DNA from: Utricularia gibba
Taxonomy: Eukaryota > Plantae > Magnoliophyta
NCBI GenBank assembly: GCA_002189035.1
Contig: NEEC01000012.1
Location: 2,604,001-2,668,000 of the forward strand
DNA: 64,000 nt
Direction: 5' to 3'
The notes under the pieces are model-generated. The model was not told the origin of the DNA and did not search any database. It worked only from the letters and a program-made list of their open reading frames with translations. Position 1 is the stretch's first letter. The number at the start of each line of letters is the position of its first letter. The translations under genes and the position numbers were made by a program. This document shows positions 1-13,631 of the stretch, in pieces.

Positions 1-558
1 TTCACAAAATCACACAGAAACGACAAACCCACAACCTTTTTGGGTTCCTTTCCAAGTTCTCTTTCAAAGATTGAAACTTTTGAGGGTAAATGTCTAGAAA
101 AGTTGGTGAAAAGATTGTGCACTTTTCAAGAATCCATGAAAAGAAGAGTAACCCATTCCACGCTTTTGATGTGCTGTTGTTTATCCAAAAAAATGCAGAA
201 GAAGATGCTGGGTTTCTTCTCACGATGCATAGCGCCGCCCTGCAATGCGTGAAATGAAGCTTGGGGCGCTTCAGGGAACACAAGTAGTCAGCGTTGAAGC
301 CAAGAAGCCATGGGTCGATCAGCATAATCAGTATCTATGAAACCCTTCAAGATTTTCCCCGAGTTGTAGATATTGATTCTGCTGAACTCCGCGAATTTAG
401 TTGAACGCACGCACAGATCAAAGAACTGCAATTCTGTAGGCAAACATTTACCAGAAACAATGGCGACGCTCCATTTATCCGGTCTGCTGGAGAACCGCCC
501 GGTTTTGTTTCCGTTTACCCGGTCTAAGGCTTTTGAACATGCACGGGTTGAGCCTTGA

Positions 559-600
559 TGGGCTGGGCGTAAAGCGGCCGGATGGGCTTGGCCACGGGCT
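559..600. promoter_or_regulatory. Cluster of site II-like (TGGGCT) elements, probable proximal promoter
   Basis: TGGGCT at 559-564 and 583-588 in a GC-rich patch between two unresolved gene-like segments. Confidence 0.3.
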
Positions 601-2966
601 GACCCGAAACCCGCACCCCAACCGGATGACCGGCGGGTTGACCGTTGGTTATGATTTTGAATGAATGATTTTAATGTTTATCAATTGATAACAAGATCTG
701 CAAATCATCCTTCTTTCTTCACCTTGCAAGCAATTTGCCCCAAATCTGATTCATTTGTTGACGTTGCTGATTTGCCCCCATCTTGATCCCTGACGTTGAT
801 AGCTTCACGTTGATGTTTCTGAATACGGTGTAAAATGGAGTCCTCTTGCGGTGTTGTAACGGAGAGAAGTGAAGGTGTTGGGGATTATCGATGTGGGGTG
901 ATTCTGAGAAAAAGTTCATGTTTTTTCTGTAGATGATAGTCTTGTTGATAGGAGCCGTTATCTGTTCAAGATCAAAGACAGGAGAGTGCATGTTCTTGAT
1001 GTTTTTGATGGAATGGATGGGGAGGCTGGCAGCGCATGATGTGGAATTAGCTGCACAAATTCATGAAAATAATTTAAGCTAGGTATGTTATCTGTGCAGG
1101 CCAGTCCTCAGATCATGGTGCTACTAGATCAAATGCTCCCATTTGTCTTGAAAGTTGCAGGTGTAATGGTACTTGACCTCCCAAAACTCCATTGTCGCTC
1201 CAGTTTCTGTGGGCACTAATTTTCCGCCTGAGAGCACAAACTTCGTGACAGACCAGTGCTGGGTATTCATTCAGATAATGTCCCTCTGTAGCTCTATTTT
1301 GGCTGACATTGCATGCTTTGGGTCCCTCCGTTACCTGCAAGCATTCATATATTGTAAGAAGATAGAATAGGGAGTGTTTGCACATTAATTTTTCTGCCAT
1401 TTTGTGCAAGAAAATATAGTCAACAAGCTTTGGCTGTCTTGGATGAGGACGAAAGAGACTTGAAAGTTGCAGAGTTTTGATAATGATCTCTTATTTCCCT
1501 GTCTTCCCAGCTCATGTGCGATTGCCCCAGAAATGAACGAATCCCCTGTTTTTTCCTACGCATATTCCCCACCTATCTTCCCATAAACGACATTTGTTGC
1601 ATCCTGCGGGAAAATTTTCATCCATGTAAAATTTTACTACCTACCGAACGAGTCTGAGCCGAAACTGAATCCAGGAACGGATAAGCTTTTGTAGGGTTTT
1701 TCAGGGTGGCTTCTTTAGACCAAGTTAAGTTTCCAGGTGATGGAAGCTGGGTATATTTGTTAAGATCAGAGATATGCAGATGCTTATACTCAAGAGTTTG
1801 TCTTCAGCGGATTCAATGGTAATAGTTACACTGATCAGTGCGACCAGTGCTTTTTATACGGTAGACAAGGCACAATTTCTGACATCTTACGTTATTGAAA
1901 CACAACCTGTATTTATGTGCATTTTCTTTATACAATAGTCAATGTTTGTCCTTTATTTTATTAACGTCTGAGCATCTTTGTCCCAATACTAATCAAACGG
2001 AGAGTGAGATGACATCTCATCACACTGGAGGTGATGATTTCCAGGTAATCATGATTAGGTGTAGTTAATGACAAGTGATTAGTTCAAATAGTTTTGAAAT
2101 TTGTGAACCAATGACACCATGGTTCTAGAGTAGTTGATTAATGAGCCGTGACAGGCGGGTGCAGCTGCTGTAAGTTGCTAGTAGTAGTTTTATTTCATGT
2201 ATTAAAATCATTTGAATTGAAGAACATAGCACAAACAGTTTCATAACTAGAAAAGGGTAAAAGGTAGTTAGTTTTACTTTTGGTGATGAAGAAGGAGAGA
2301 GTTTAATTAAGAATGATTCAGAGCTGTCAGAAGCAGATGGAAAGGAAGATGAATTCATCGAGCATTAAAGAAAGGTGGGGATGATGAGTGAAGAGAGGGG
2401 TAGGTCTGCATGAATTATAGTGGGCTTTGACTGTTCTGCTGTTCTCTTTCACCCTCTCTTCCATCTTCCATCTTCTTTCCTTGTTTTTGAATCTTATGAT
2501 CATGGGATATTTTGTATAATAGCGAAGCAGAAGAAGCAGAACAGGAGCAGGGGAGTGGAGGAGTAGCGAGGAATCATGATTTTCAGGCTAAATAAAGGGG
2601 AAGTTTGGGATTGCATTTCTTGGCTTAATTGCACTACACCCACCTTCCATTAAATTGAGTACAGAAGCAGCATCATCATCCTCGCTTCTACTCTACACTC
2701 GATCAAGTGTGAGAGAGAGAGATAAAAGGTATGAATGGCTAGTCGTTCTGGCAAGAATTCAAGACATGTCCTTTTCACAGTTTTGGTTTCTGTTGGCCTG
2801 CCTGTTTTAGAGTCACTAAGAGGTGCTTCTGGTCAGTGTGACCACTAATGAATTCAGTTCCACCGGGAAGCAGAAGCAATTCAAGGACCAAACCAAAGCC
2901 AAGCTGATACCTAAGCTACTTGTGTTTTTGCTTCACGACTTCCATCTTCTGTTGGCACTGAATGAA

Positions 2967-5497
2967 ATGGCAAAGAAGATATCACCATTTCTGCTCTTTC
3001 TGGTGGTTTTCTTCCAGACCCCAGAACCAGTTTTCAGCTCTTTGAACTACACAAGACACAAACAAGTCACCAGTTTGAGGTTGGCTAGAATCCAGAGACA
3101 CTTGAGCAAGATAAACAAGCCACCAGCTTTTACAATTCAGGTAACTAATCTTACATCTATCTCCAGTTTCTCTCTCTCCGTGTTAACTCCGTTGTGATTT
3201 GGAGTGTTGAGCAGAGCCCAGATGGAGATATCATTGATTGTGTTCATAAACGAAGGCAGCCAGCTTTAGATCATCCCTTTCTAAAGAACCACAAGATTCA
3301 GGTAAACCAACCTGCTTCAATTTCGAAGAAAAAAAGGTGTTTGCTTTTTTATTGTTTTCAGCGAAGATTACAAGCTACCTTGAAGATAAAAATTGGAGAA
3401 TCAGTCTCTGTTCTCCAGGTCATTAATTGCTCACTTGGATGTGCAGAAAATTCCACCGCAGATGCCGAAAGGAATGAAAAGGGCCCAAGCGGAATCTATC
3501 GTGGACGGCGGTGGTTCAAGTATCAACGGTCGAAAAGGCGCCTGGCAAATGTGGCATCACGCCGGCTATCGCTGCCCCAACGGCACTGTTCCCATACGAC
3601 GAAGCTCCGTCAGCGATGTGCTGAGGGCCAAGTCGCTTTACGAGTATGGGAAAAAACAATCCCGACACGCCGCCGCCATCAACCGCCGCGTCGATGCCCC
3701 TGACATCGTCGGCGGCAACGGCCACGAGGTTAATCTAATTTCTGTAACATATAGACGGTAGTTCGATTTAAATTTTTTATTTGAAATATATATTTTTTCA
3801 AAAAAAAAAGCCAAATTCAGAATTGTGAACCCTAAATTTCGCGAATTGGGGATTATTGCAGCACGCGATAGCGTACACGGCGGCGTCTGGGGAGGTCTAC
3901 GGCGCGAAGGCAACGATTAACGTATGGGATCCATCCATAGAAGCGTTGAACGAGTTCAGTTTGTCGCAGATTTGGGTGCTCTCCGGCTCCTTCGACGGTG
4001 CCGATCTCAACAGCATCGAAGCCGGCTGGCAGGTACACTCCCAGTTTATTTCTCACATTGAGCAATCAATTTAAAGGATACATATCGGATGAAATGTGAA
4101 GCTTTGATGCTTGCATTAGTCAGGTTAGTCCGGAGCTGTATGGTGACTCCAGGCCTCGTCTCTTCACCTACTGGACGGTCAGTTTTTCTCCATGCTTTAT
4201 TGTAGATGAGCGAAGCGTGTAGATTCAAAGTCACTTAGTTTAGCAATCTCAAAATCACTGATTTGTCTTTTTTACATGAATATGAGAAGAAACGGTTGGT
4301 AGGTCTGGTCACCTTACGGGGTAATTGGGTTAACTGCCATTAGTTCCTTAAATCGATACCAGTCGGAAACTCTTTTTGATCACCGCTCCAGATGGTTTTT
4401 AATTTTGATCACGTGAAGTTTACTATTACACATTTTTCCTGCGTAGAGACGGGCGCATGGCCTCGATGGTAAGAATCCAGTGGAATGGGGGTGAAAGTTG
4501 AGTGTACTAGGTTCATTTCATCATGATAAGATATCCATTTAGATAAGGTTTCTGGTTGTTCATAGGGGGTGTATGACTGGTTCATATGGGAAAGAATAAA
4601 TAACTCCCATACACTGTCACAGCTTGTTTGTACACTTCAGTTTTTCATGATTATCTTCTGCAGGAAAGAAATTTTAAAATGCATTAATTTCCTGCCATGT
4701 CCATGATTGCGCCGTGCATTTGGTTAGGAGGCATCATTAACTCTCTCAAGAATTATTTTGGAGACAGAGTGTCGGATACGTGGATAGGAATATGATTAGG
4801 AGAATAGATAGTGTATAATGTTAATTGTTTCTGTTACTCTTTGGTTTGATGTGGGCTTCTGCAGAGTACATGTTATTCATCTTTTATCTCTTATACAGAG
4901 CGATGCATACCAAGCTACCGGCTGCTACAATCTTCTATGTTCCGGATTTGTACAGACCAATAGTCGAATAGCTATCGGAGCTGCAATATCTCCGATCTCG
5001 ACCTTGGAAGGTAACCAGTACGATATCACCATTCTCATTTGGAAGGTAATCTTTTGCTGCTTCACCGGATCCCCAAACTCACTCACCTATGGTTGATATA
5101 AACTCTAGCCATATTCCAGGATCCAAAGTTAGGAAATTGGTGGATGGGATTCGGCGACAACACCCTTGTCGGATACTGGCCTACTGAGCTCTTCACCCAT
5201 CTCTCCAACCGAGCCACGATGGTCGAATGGGGCGGCGAGGTCGTCAATTCCCTTCCGTATGGGAACCACACGGCGACACAGATGGGCTCCGGTCAGTATG
5301 CAGATCAGGGATTCGGTAAAGCCAGCTACTTCAGGAACCTAGAAGTGGTGGATGCTGACAACACGTTGACATCCGTGCAAGGGGTGTCCACTTTGGCCGA
5401 GAACAACAACTGCTACAACATCAAGAGCTCCCACAACGCTGAATGGGGCACCCATTTTTACTACGGTGGTCCTGGGAGAAGCGCTACATGTCCTTGA
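2967..5497 (+). CDS. Neprosin-like / DUF239 (+DUF4409 activation peptide) secreted peptidase family protein, 7 exons
   Basis: Exons 2967-3140, 3215-3301, 3447-3728, 3862-4032, 4124-4177, 4899-5045, 5120-5497 with GT-AG introns join in frame. Signal-peptide-like N-terminus; motifs [79 protein letters not shown]. Confidence 0.93.
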
Positions 5498-6676
5498 CAA
5501 GCCCCGGAAGACTCCATCACATGGTACAATATTCTTTCTTTAACGAGAAGATGTTTTAGTTCAGTGTGGGGAATTGGCGTTGCCTGTTTCCCTCAGGCTT
5601 TTTGTGAATCACCACCAATCCTGAAAAGGAAATAGCAAGATACTTTTTCTTATAAATGTAACGTCATTTATGCCATAGCTATATGCACATATTGGCCCAA
5701 AGTTGGAATCTTTTGCATCTATGAATCAGAAAGACGAAATCTTGAAGGGTTGTAATAATAACAATAGAAAGAAGTGAACAATTTTGAGAGGGTTTGGCCA
5801 TCACTTAATTCCCACACCTAGCATCTCCATGGTTGACTCTTACCATCATTTGAAGGTTAATGATTCAGGATTCATGGATCGATCAAGGCACGAGTTCGAA
5901 AGAATCCACGATACGAAGAGATTAAGTCAACTTGAGAGGAGACTATTGCACAGCTTAGTTATGTTTTCAACTGACGACAAGTACAGAATGCATTGAAATT
6001 TCAGGATACTTCCTGCCTGAAAAGCCAACCGAGAGGAAGTGTGTGGACAGAAAGGGTGCCAGCGCAGTGGGTTGAGTACCTGCCAAGTGTAGTTTATTGG
6101 ACAGATGACGATGGCTTTGTTAGGAATCAAGTGGGACTTCTGTGGGAACTCAATAGATTCAACCCTCGTTGTCGTCTTGCGGAGAGATCCCATGCATATT
6201 CACTCCTGACTCGACCGTCATTGCTGCAGAGTCATCTCCATCTCTGAATGCTTCAAGTGCCGGCGGGGGGTCACCAAGCTTTTGTTTCATTCATCTTGTG
6301 GAAAGCAATTCTGGTCTCTGGTTATTTGAGTGAGAGAATGATGAATGGGAATGCAAACAGTAAAAAAAATTCTAACTTTACTTTCCCTAAATAGAGTTCT
6401 TTTTTTGGACAGTTCGTATGCACCAGTTGATTGTTGCTAGAGGGGGCCTAGGGTCAATTCAGCAATATACAGCTAAGTTTCTGTTGAAGACATTTTTGTG
6501 AATTATTAATTACCAACCCCCGTTTTGTCATTAAATTTTTTAACTGCGGGTGAAAAAAAAGTCAATCTTGATGATATGGTAGCCACTTGTTACATAGAAA
6601 AAAGGAACCAGGCCAGAGGCTTTCTATAAATCTATGCTCCTGGGGAATCTTCTTCTCTTCATCCTGAACCAGGAGA

Positions 6677-8264
6677 ATGGCGGATTCTATAGGATGCCAA
6701 GGCATAAACCTTGTCCCGTTGCTTGGCTCCGGCGTCAACGCCACGGCTGCAGCGAGCTTCATTTGCAGCCAATTTGAAACCGTGTCTTCTTTGCTGACAC
6801 AAGCTCAATTTGCTGTCAACAACACCTACCTCCTGTTCTCGACTTATCTGGTTTTTGCCATGCAAATTGGATTTGCAATGCTCTGTGCTGGCTCTGTTCG
6901 TGCCAAGAACACCATGAACATCATGCTCACGAATGTCCTGGATGCTGCAGCCGGAGGCCTGAGCTACTATTTGTTTGGATTTGCTTTTGCTTTTGGTGAT
7001 CCTTCCAATGGATTCATCGGGAAGCATTTCTTTGCGCTTGACAGTTTCCCAAATCCCAAAGCAGATTTCAGCTTCTATTTGTTCCAGTGGTCTTTCGCGA
7101 TAGCTGCGGCAGGTAAACACACCATAATAAGCACCGGCTGAAGTAGAAACACATGTGACTAATCGAAAGAAACCATCTTTGTGCTGTTGTGATCAGGTAT
7201 TACAAGTGGCTCGATTGCAGAAAGAACCCAATTTGTGGCTTACCTGATATACTCTTCCTTCTTGACTGGCTTTGTGTACCCAATTGCTTCCCACTGGATA
7301 TGGTCCAGCAACGGCTGGGCCTCTGCAACAAGGTCCCGGGGCTCTCCTCTTTGGGTCCGGGGTCATCGATTTTGCAGGTTCAGGTGTGGTTCATATGACA
7401 GGTGGCCTGGCTGGCCTCTGGGCAGCTCTGATAGAAGGGCCAAGGATTGGGCGGTTCGACAGGGCCGGTCGATCGGTAGCATTACGCGGCCACAGCGCCT
7501 CCCTGGTGGTCCTCGGTAGCTTTATCTTATGGTTCGGCTGGTACGGCTTCAACCCTGGTTCATTCCTTACCATCACGCCCCCTTATGGAACCAGGGGCCC
7601 CTACTACGGACAGTGGAGTGCCGTCGGAAGGACCGCCGTGACGACAACTCTCTCCGGAAGCACTGCTGCTTTGACAACACTCTTCGGAAAGAGGCTTCTG
7701 GTAGGCCACTGGAATGTAATAGATGTCTGTAATGGCTTGTTGGGAGGATTTGCTGCCATAACATCAGGGTGCGCCGTCGTGGAGCCATGGGCTGCAATCA
7801 TATGCGGGTTTGTATCAGCCTGGGTGCTCATCGGCCTCAACATACTGGCCGAGAAGTTCAAGTACGATGATCCACTGGAAGCTGCCCAGTTGCACGGCGG
7901 TTGTGGTTCATGGGGAGTGCTGTTCACCGGCCTATTTGCAAGCAAGGACTTTGTCAATGAGGTGTATCCTGGACATCCAGACCGCCCATATGGGCTCTTC
8001 ATGGGAGGCGGTGGGAAGCTTTTGGCTGCTCAAATAATAGAGATTCTTGTCATCTTCGGATGGGTTGCAGTCACCATGATTCCCCTCTTCTTCACTCTCA
8101 ACAAGCTGAACCTTCTCCGGATTTCGACAGAGGATGAGTTGGCCGGAATGGATATAACCAGACATGGAGGAATGGCATATGTTTACCATGACCAAGAAGA
8201 CGAGAATCTGCCAACACATTTCAAGATGAAGAGGATTGAGCCATCCAATTCTCCCCTCACATGA
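6677..8264 (+). CDS. AMT1: Ammonium transporter, AMT1 family (one intron; apparent frameshift at ~7334-7343)
   Basis: Exon 6677-7112, intron 7113-7196, exon from 7197. Motifs [74 protein letters not shown]. Frame changes between ASATR and [10 protein letters not shown]. Confidence 0.95.
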
Positions 8265-9758
8265 CCTTAACCACTTGGAAACGTTCACCAGGATGGAGTT
8301 TGATGTACCAGAAGTAGATGACAGATAGTTTTAGAGATGTGGTCCTGAATAGACAATAAGGCAAGTAACTAGCTTTGCTGCTTAACATTGCATTTTGACT
8401 TCCCATTGTCAAGATGGTAATCTTCTAGGAGGAAATGCAAAAATCTTTGTATCCTTCACTAGGCGAAATATAGCAAGCAGTATGGCCGATCATCTCCACT
8501 TTACTGAAATTTACTTAACGCTTCAGGTTGTGTATTCTGAGAATACCTAGCTCCATAATCTGAGATGGGTCACTGACATCTCTACATTAATCTCATCTTC
8601 TAAACATCTAATTTTTCAACCAGTTCCAGGAATACCTCGAGAAGCTTGCTAGTGTTTCCGTGACTAGAGAAAGCAATGACTGCAATGGGAAAAGCTAAGG
8701 AGATTATCATGGCATTTGGTTTTCTTCCTAACCAGAATGAGATGATGACTGCCGGAATCACGCACCTCATTCCCGAATGCTTGAACAGCTTATAGAGAAA
8801 ATACAATTATCAACGAATCAGACAAATATTTGCTCCACAAAATTCTCTCAAGCAGATGTAAAATGCACAAAATAAAATGAGACCACATGTAAACCTGTAA
8901 AACACTCATACTCCATCGCTCATGAAACATCTACCCAGAATCTTCATTGTCTGCTATGCAATCTACTGATCCAGGAAGGTCAAAACTTTAGAAATGATGG
9001 GTTAACAAGATTAATGCAGCATCAATATCACGTCATGCCCAGAAATCAATTCAGGCATATGGATGAAATATGCGTAAATGACCTACGTTGAAATATGACT
9101 CCTATTGAAGCGATCGTCTCGTGTCCAACTCGAACTGCCTCTCCAACCAGGCGGAAGACGCCACAACCGACAAGAATTTGTGGTTGTGGGATGAGGAAAA
9201 ACCGAAAATTGAATAATCGATCTTCCTAGAACTAGGGTTGCGTTGGCTTCCATTGGAACACAAGTTGTATATGTAGCATCATATCATCCATGGAGTACGA
9301 AGTGAAGACCGAAGTCCGCCGTGACATACTGGTTCGCCGGGAGCTATGGAAGAGGTGGGCTCAGCCTCCACAGCCCGTGGCCCATACACAAGGTGAGCCT
9401 ATTCTTCGCCTCTGGTTGAGGCCCGAATCCGCCGGACCCTTAAACATACCGGGTCTCCACTGGACGACCCCTGTGTGATCACATTTGCGTTGGGAATGGA
9501 GCCTGGAGCCGAAGAGGACAATGAGGTGGAGGCTGAAGAGGACGCTTGGGCGACAGAGAATGAGCCTTGGGAGGATTTCCAATCTCTCGATGATAGCGAG
9601 GTGGAAGCAGAAGAAGAAGAGCATCCCGAGGATTTTCAGTAGATTCTTTGTATTTCTACTTTCTTTAATGAAAGAAGACGTCAAACTGACCTCCATCGGA
9701 AAATTTGAAGATGTACTTGATAGAAAGTGGGCCTGACCTTGCCAGACAGTTTTCACGA

Positions 9759-9806
9759 TATTGCCAACCACTTCTCCTTGTCTATTGCCAACCACTTCTC
9801 CTTGTC
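9759..9806. repeat. Perfect 24-bp tandem duplication (TATTGCCAACCACTTCTCCTTGTC x2)
   Basis: Identical units at 9759-9782 and 9783-9806. Confidence 0.9.
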
Positions 9807-10310
9807 TGTTACCGCTGTTCTACTCCATTGATGGGGAATCATTTTCTTCAGAAAGAAAATCACCAACTATTCTGGTATGGGTTTTGCATGATCAGGAACT
9901 TTGAGGGTGTTTTGCACAGTTGTAGAATTTTTTTTTGTTTGTTTGGCAAATGCGGGACGTGAACTGTTGTTGTCTACATTAATGCTCCTCATTTACGTCA
10001 CTGCATTGCTTCGGTGGAGCTTTGGATCGTGCTTCTTTTTGAGTTTTAATTGATGGTGTCGTGGGTGCGTCCTCTTGAGATTTGAGAATGAGGTCTTGGC
10101 AAGATTACTTTATGTTTACTTCCTTCACCAATACGCTCTTCCCGTGAGCTTTTAGGTGAAGTGCGTGGAGCATTGCGGTTGTTGTATTTGGAGAAAAGCT
10201 TGAACTTTTCTGCAACCTTGATGTGTACAGGTATATCTGAACAACATTTTTCGAATTGAATGGTTTCTTTAATGGTCCTTGTAATGTGCTTGATTGTGCG
10301 TGATTCAGAA

Positions 10311-12138
10311 ATGGGGAAAAGAAGGGGTTGGATTAATCAGTTGAGGAGGATCTTCAGTTGCCAAACGGAACGGCAAACTGAAAAAGCAGAAAAGGTAAGA
10401 GCAATGACTGGCTGTGTATGCATTTTTCTCTTTTTTTTTTTTCCCTCCTGGTTACAGACAATTATGCCTTTAGACTAAAAGGAAAACTAGAAAAGGGGCT
10501 GCTGCAAAGCAATGTAATGGCTACACTGAGTCTTCAGAGACAGATGGTGCTCTAGTTTCATTGGAATCTGCAGATGAACAAAGTAGACATGCTTACTCTG
10601 TTGCTATTGCAACCGCTGTAGCTGCTGAGGCCGCTGTTGCTGCTGCAAATGCAGCTGCTGAAATTGTCCGGCTTACAACCAGTGCCCAAGATTTGGGTAA
10701 AACTAAGCAAGAGATGGGTGCAATAAAGATCCAGTCAGTTTTTAGAGGCTACTTGGTAAGAGTTCATACTTTAAAACCGCTCACTTGATCATGAAATTAC
10801 TGCATCATCTGTTCACCTTGTCAAATTGTGGGTCATGAGTATGGATTCTTGAGTTAGCCTATAGAAAAACAAGTGCAAGTAGAAAGAGCTGAGAAAAACT
10901 ACTACTGGTTAAATACCTTAGATAATTTGGTTACAAATGACCATTTTTACGCTGTAACAGATATTCTTCTTTGACACATAACATGGTGTATCCGTTGTTT
11001 GAGCTGTAGGCAAGGAGAGCAGTGAAAGCTTTAAGGGGTCTGGTCAGGCTGAGAAATATGTTGGGAGGGCACTCGGTTCAACACCAGACACTTACCACCT
11101 TAAAACTTGTTGAAACACATTTTCGTGTTCAATATGAGGTCCGGATGAGAAGAGCAAGAATGGCCGAAGTGAATTCAGCTTTGCAGAAACAAATGAGGCA
11201 GAAACAGGAAAAAGAGCTTGACAAGCAAAGATTATCTGTAATTGCAGCTGGATTGAATGCCTTATATTTGTGAATGTCTTGTGTGACCTGTTAGCTTTAC
11301 ATTTCTCATGATAACAGGTTGCAGAGGATTGGAATGTCAGTGTGCAAACAAAGGAGCAGTTTGATGCGAGTCTTCAACATCGCCAAGAAGCTGCTATGAG
11401 AAGGGAGCGGTCATTAGCTTATGCGTACTCACATCAGGTAATGCAGTGTGCATTGACTTCTTAGAACATCGGAAAGTAATGTTTACTGTTGGATTTCGGT
11501 ATCAGCAAACATGGCGGTCTAGGAACTTGGCAGACATGTTGAACCAGACCTTTATGGATCCGAACAACCTGTACTGGGGATGGAGTTGTTTAGAGCGATG
11601 GATGGCTAGACGTGGGTGGGAGATTGGAATGGCATCTGGGAGAGAACTAAACAGTGACTCTGTTTCAGCCAAGACTGCCTCCAATCCTTTTCTATCACTC
11701 AATGGAGACATCAGGATGGATTTTCCGGCAGGCCGGCGGCAAAGTTGGGGTGGCCATAGCAAGCATTCTCCCACAACTCCAGACTCAAAAGTTCCACACA
11801 GATTGGGTGCACCGAGCTCACGACGAACAAGTGGCACAGATGAAGACTCCAGGAGCATTCGCAGTTTCCAATCAGAGCATTATAGAAGACGCAGCATTGC
11901 AAGCTCCTCATTGAAGGATGACGAAAGTCTTGGCAGCACAACTAGTGCAATGAGAGGTTACATGGCGTCAACAGAGTCTGCACGAGCTAAATCCCGGGTG
12001 CCAAGTCCTCTTGGTAGGGAAAAAATTGTTACTACACCTGAAAGGGCATCTCCTGGCTCTGCAAAGAAACGACTTTCTTTCTCTGGAACTTCTCCTGCTC
12101 GCCAGAGGAGGCATCCTGACCTTGCAACCCGTGCTTAG
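10311..12138 (+). CDS. IQD: IQ67-domain (IQD) calmodulin-binding protein, 5 coding exons
   Basis: MGKRRGW start; HAYSVAIATAVAAEAAVAAANAAAEIVRLT; IQ motif KIQSVFRGYL|ARR split by the family-typical phase-0 intron; RRERSLAYAYSHQ; WGWSCLERWMA; GYMASTESARAK. Confidence 0.92.
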
Positions 12139-13631
12139 TTAATTAGAAGAGCGAGTAACTTGGAAGTTTTAGTTGATGTTTTCAGTGTAGTAAATGCAAA
12201 AAATCCTAAAACTAGTCAACGTGGTGTAACAACTCATTTGATGAAGGCGCGAGTGATGACCTCACAGGGACGCCACATACCTGTGTCCATGGCGGCATTC
12301 TCTATCCTTCGCAGTGAAGGGCTACTGAGGGCTCTTCAAAGGAGCCGAACCTCGGTTCTTTAGGATCGCGCGCGCTCGGGGCAATGAATTTTCCCGGTAA
12401 TGAGCTCGCCCGGAAAGCCACGGACGAGAAGGCGGGCGGCGGTGAGCTTCTGATTCATCCCTGCAACTCCCTCCCCATGGCAAGCGATTCGTATATCCGA
12501 GGCCGAGGCGACATCCCAAGCTGGTGATCAATGTGAACGTAGAGAAAGATTTGAGAGTTTTGTTCTGAAACAGTGCGGCATTGACGGGATTCTTGACTGG
12601 TAATCAGTCTCGGTCGTGGACCAAAGTTCCTCCGTCATCAAGTTCCAGAGAATGATGATGATGACACCTGCGTCACAGTTAAGGCCGGAGAATGAAGCTC
12701 AGTCAGAAAGGAAGACGTAAATTCTGCGCATGGTGATGCTTTCCCGGCGCATTGCATGTGGGAGTGATCCAACTCAAGATTCTTGAAAACAACCCAAGGG
12801 GGAGACGAGACGAGACAGTCCCGTAGCCTTGGTGTATAATATTAAAATTAATCATTTAATATATAAAAAATATGAATTACAAAAAAAAAGATTATATATT
12901 TAATTGATTATTAATAATCCATAATATTTGATGTATTCAATTATGATTTTTTAATTTTTTCCATTAAAATTTAGTTTTTTTTATGATTATAGTTACATAT
13001 TAGTTATCCAAAACATTACACTGTATGAATATTTAATATCGTATTAAACTGAAAGTTTCGATAAATCTAAATATCAAACTCCACTACATAGTAAATATAT
13101 ATCATATTTAAAAAAAGATAAATCTAATTGATTACTAATAATTTATAATTTATTATATATTGAATCAAAATCAATTTAATTATTATATATTGTCCTTAGA
13201 TTTTAGTTTGTAGTTCCACCATGTGTTCAAAACTCAGTTAACAGAACCGACAGTCGATGAAAATCAATATAACGGTCATGGCCCAAATGTAGCAACAGCA
13301 AGCGGAGCTCTTCTTCTACTTTTCACACGAAGAACAGCTGCAAAGTCCCTCTGAGGAATCTCTGCATTGAATGATCTTTTCTTCCCTGAAATCTGGCATC
13401 CCCTTTTCATAAAAAAGCTCAGCAGTTGCAATGCAGATAAGGCGCCCTGTTCATATAGCTTGTTAATTTTTTACTTCTAACAAGTAACAATCATTCGACT
13501 TGAAAGATGGAAATCCCATGTGGGGAAGCAAATCCTTTTGACGTGTACAAGTAAAGCTCATTTCTCAGATCCTTGGTATTCTGGAACAACAGATAACCGC
13601 CAATCTCTTGATGAAGTAATGCAGGCGTCCT

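Noticed and set aside
2-2100. Short ORFs and splice-like signals on both strands (e.g. MESSCGVVTERSE at 835)
   Set aside because: No consistent in-frame model or recognisable motif; left unannotated.
2125-2480. Purine/pyrimidine arms resembling a miRNA hairpin; partial miR171- and miR156-like words
   Set aside because: Pairing is partial and no complete known mature sequence is present.
5784-6250. Several 60-90 aa ORFs between the neprosin and AMT1 genes
   Set aside because: Non-ATG starts or no family motifs; candidate introns are implausibly short.
7334-7343. Programmed ribosomal frameshift in AMT1
   Set aside because: The same homopolymer-loss pattern affects five other genes, so sequencing error explains it more simply.
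7333-7377. Cryptic 45-nt GT-AG intron that might repair AMT1
   Set aside because: Its length is a multiple of 3, so the frame is not fixed, and it would delete the conserved DFAG motif.
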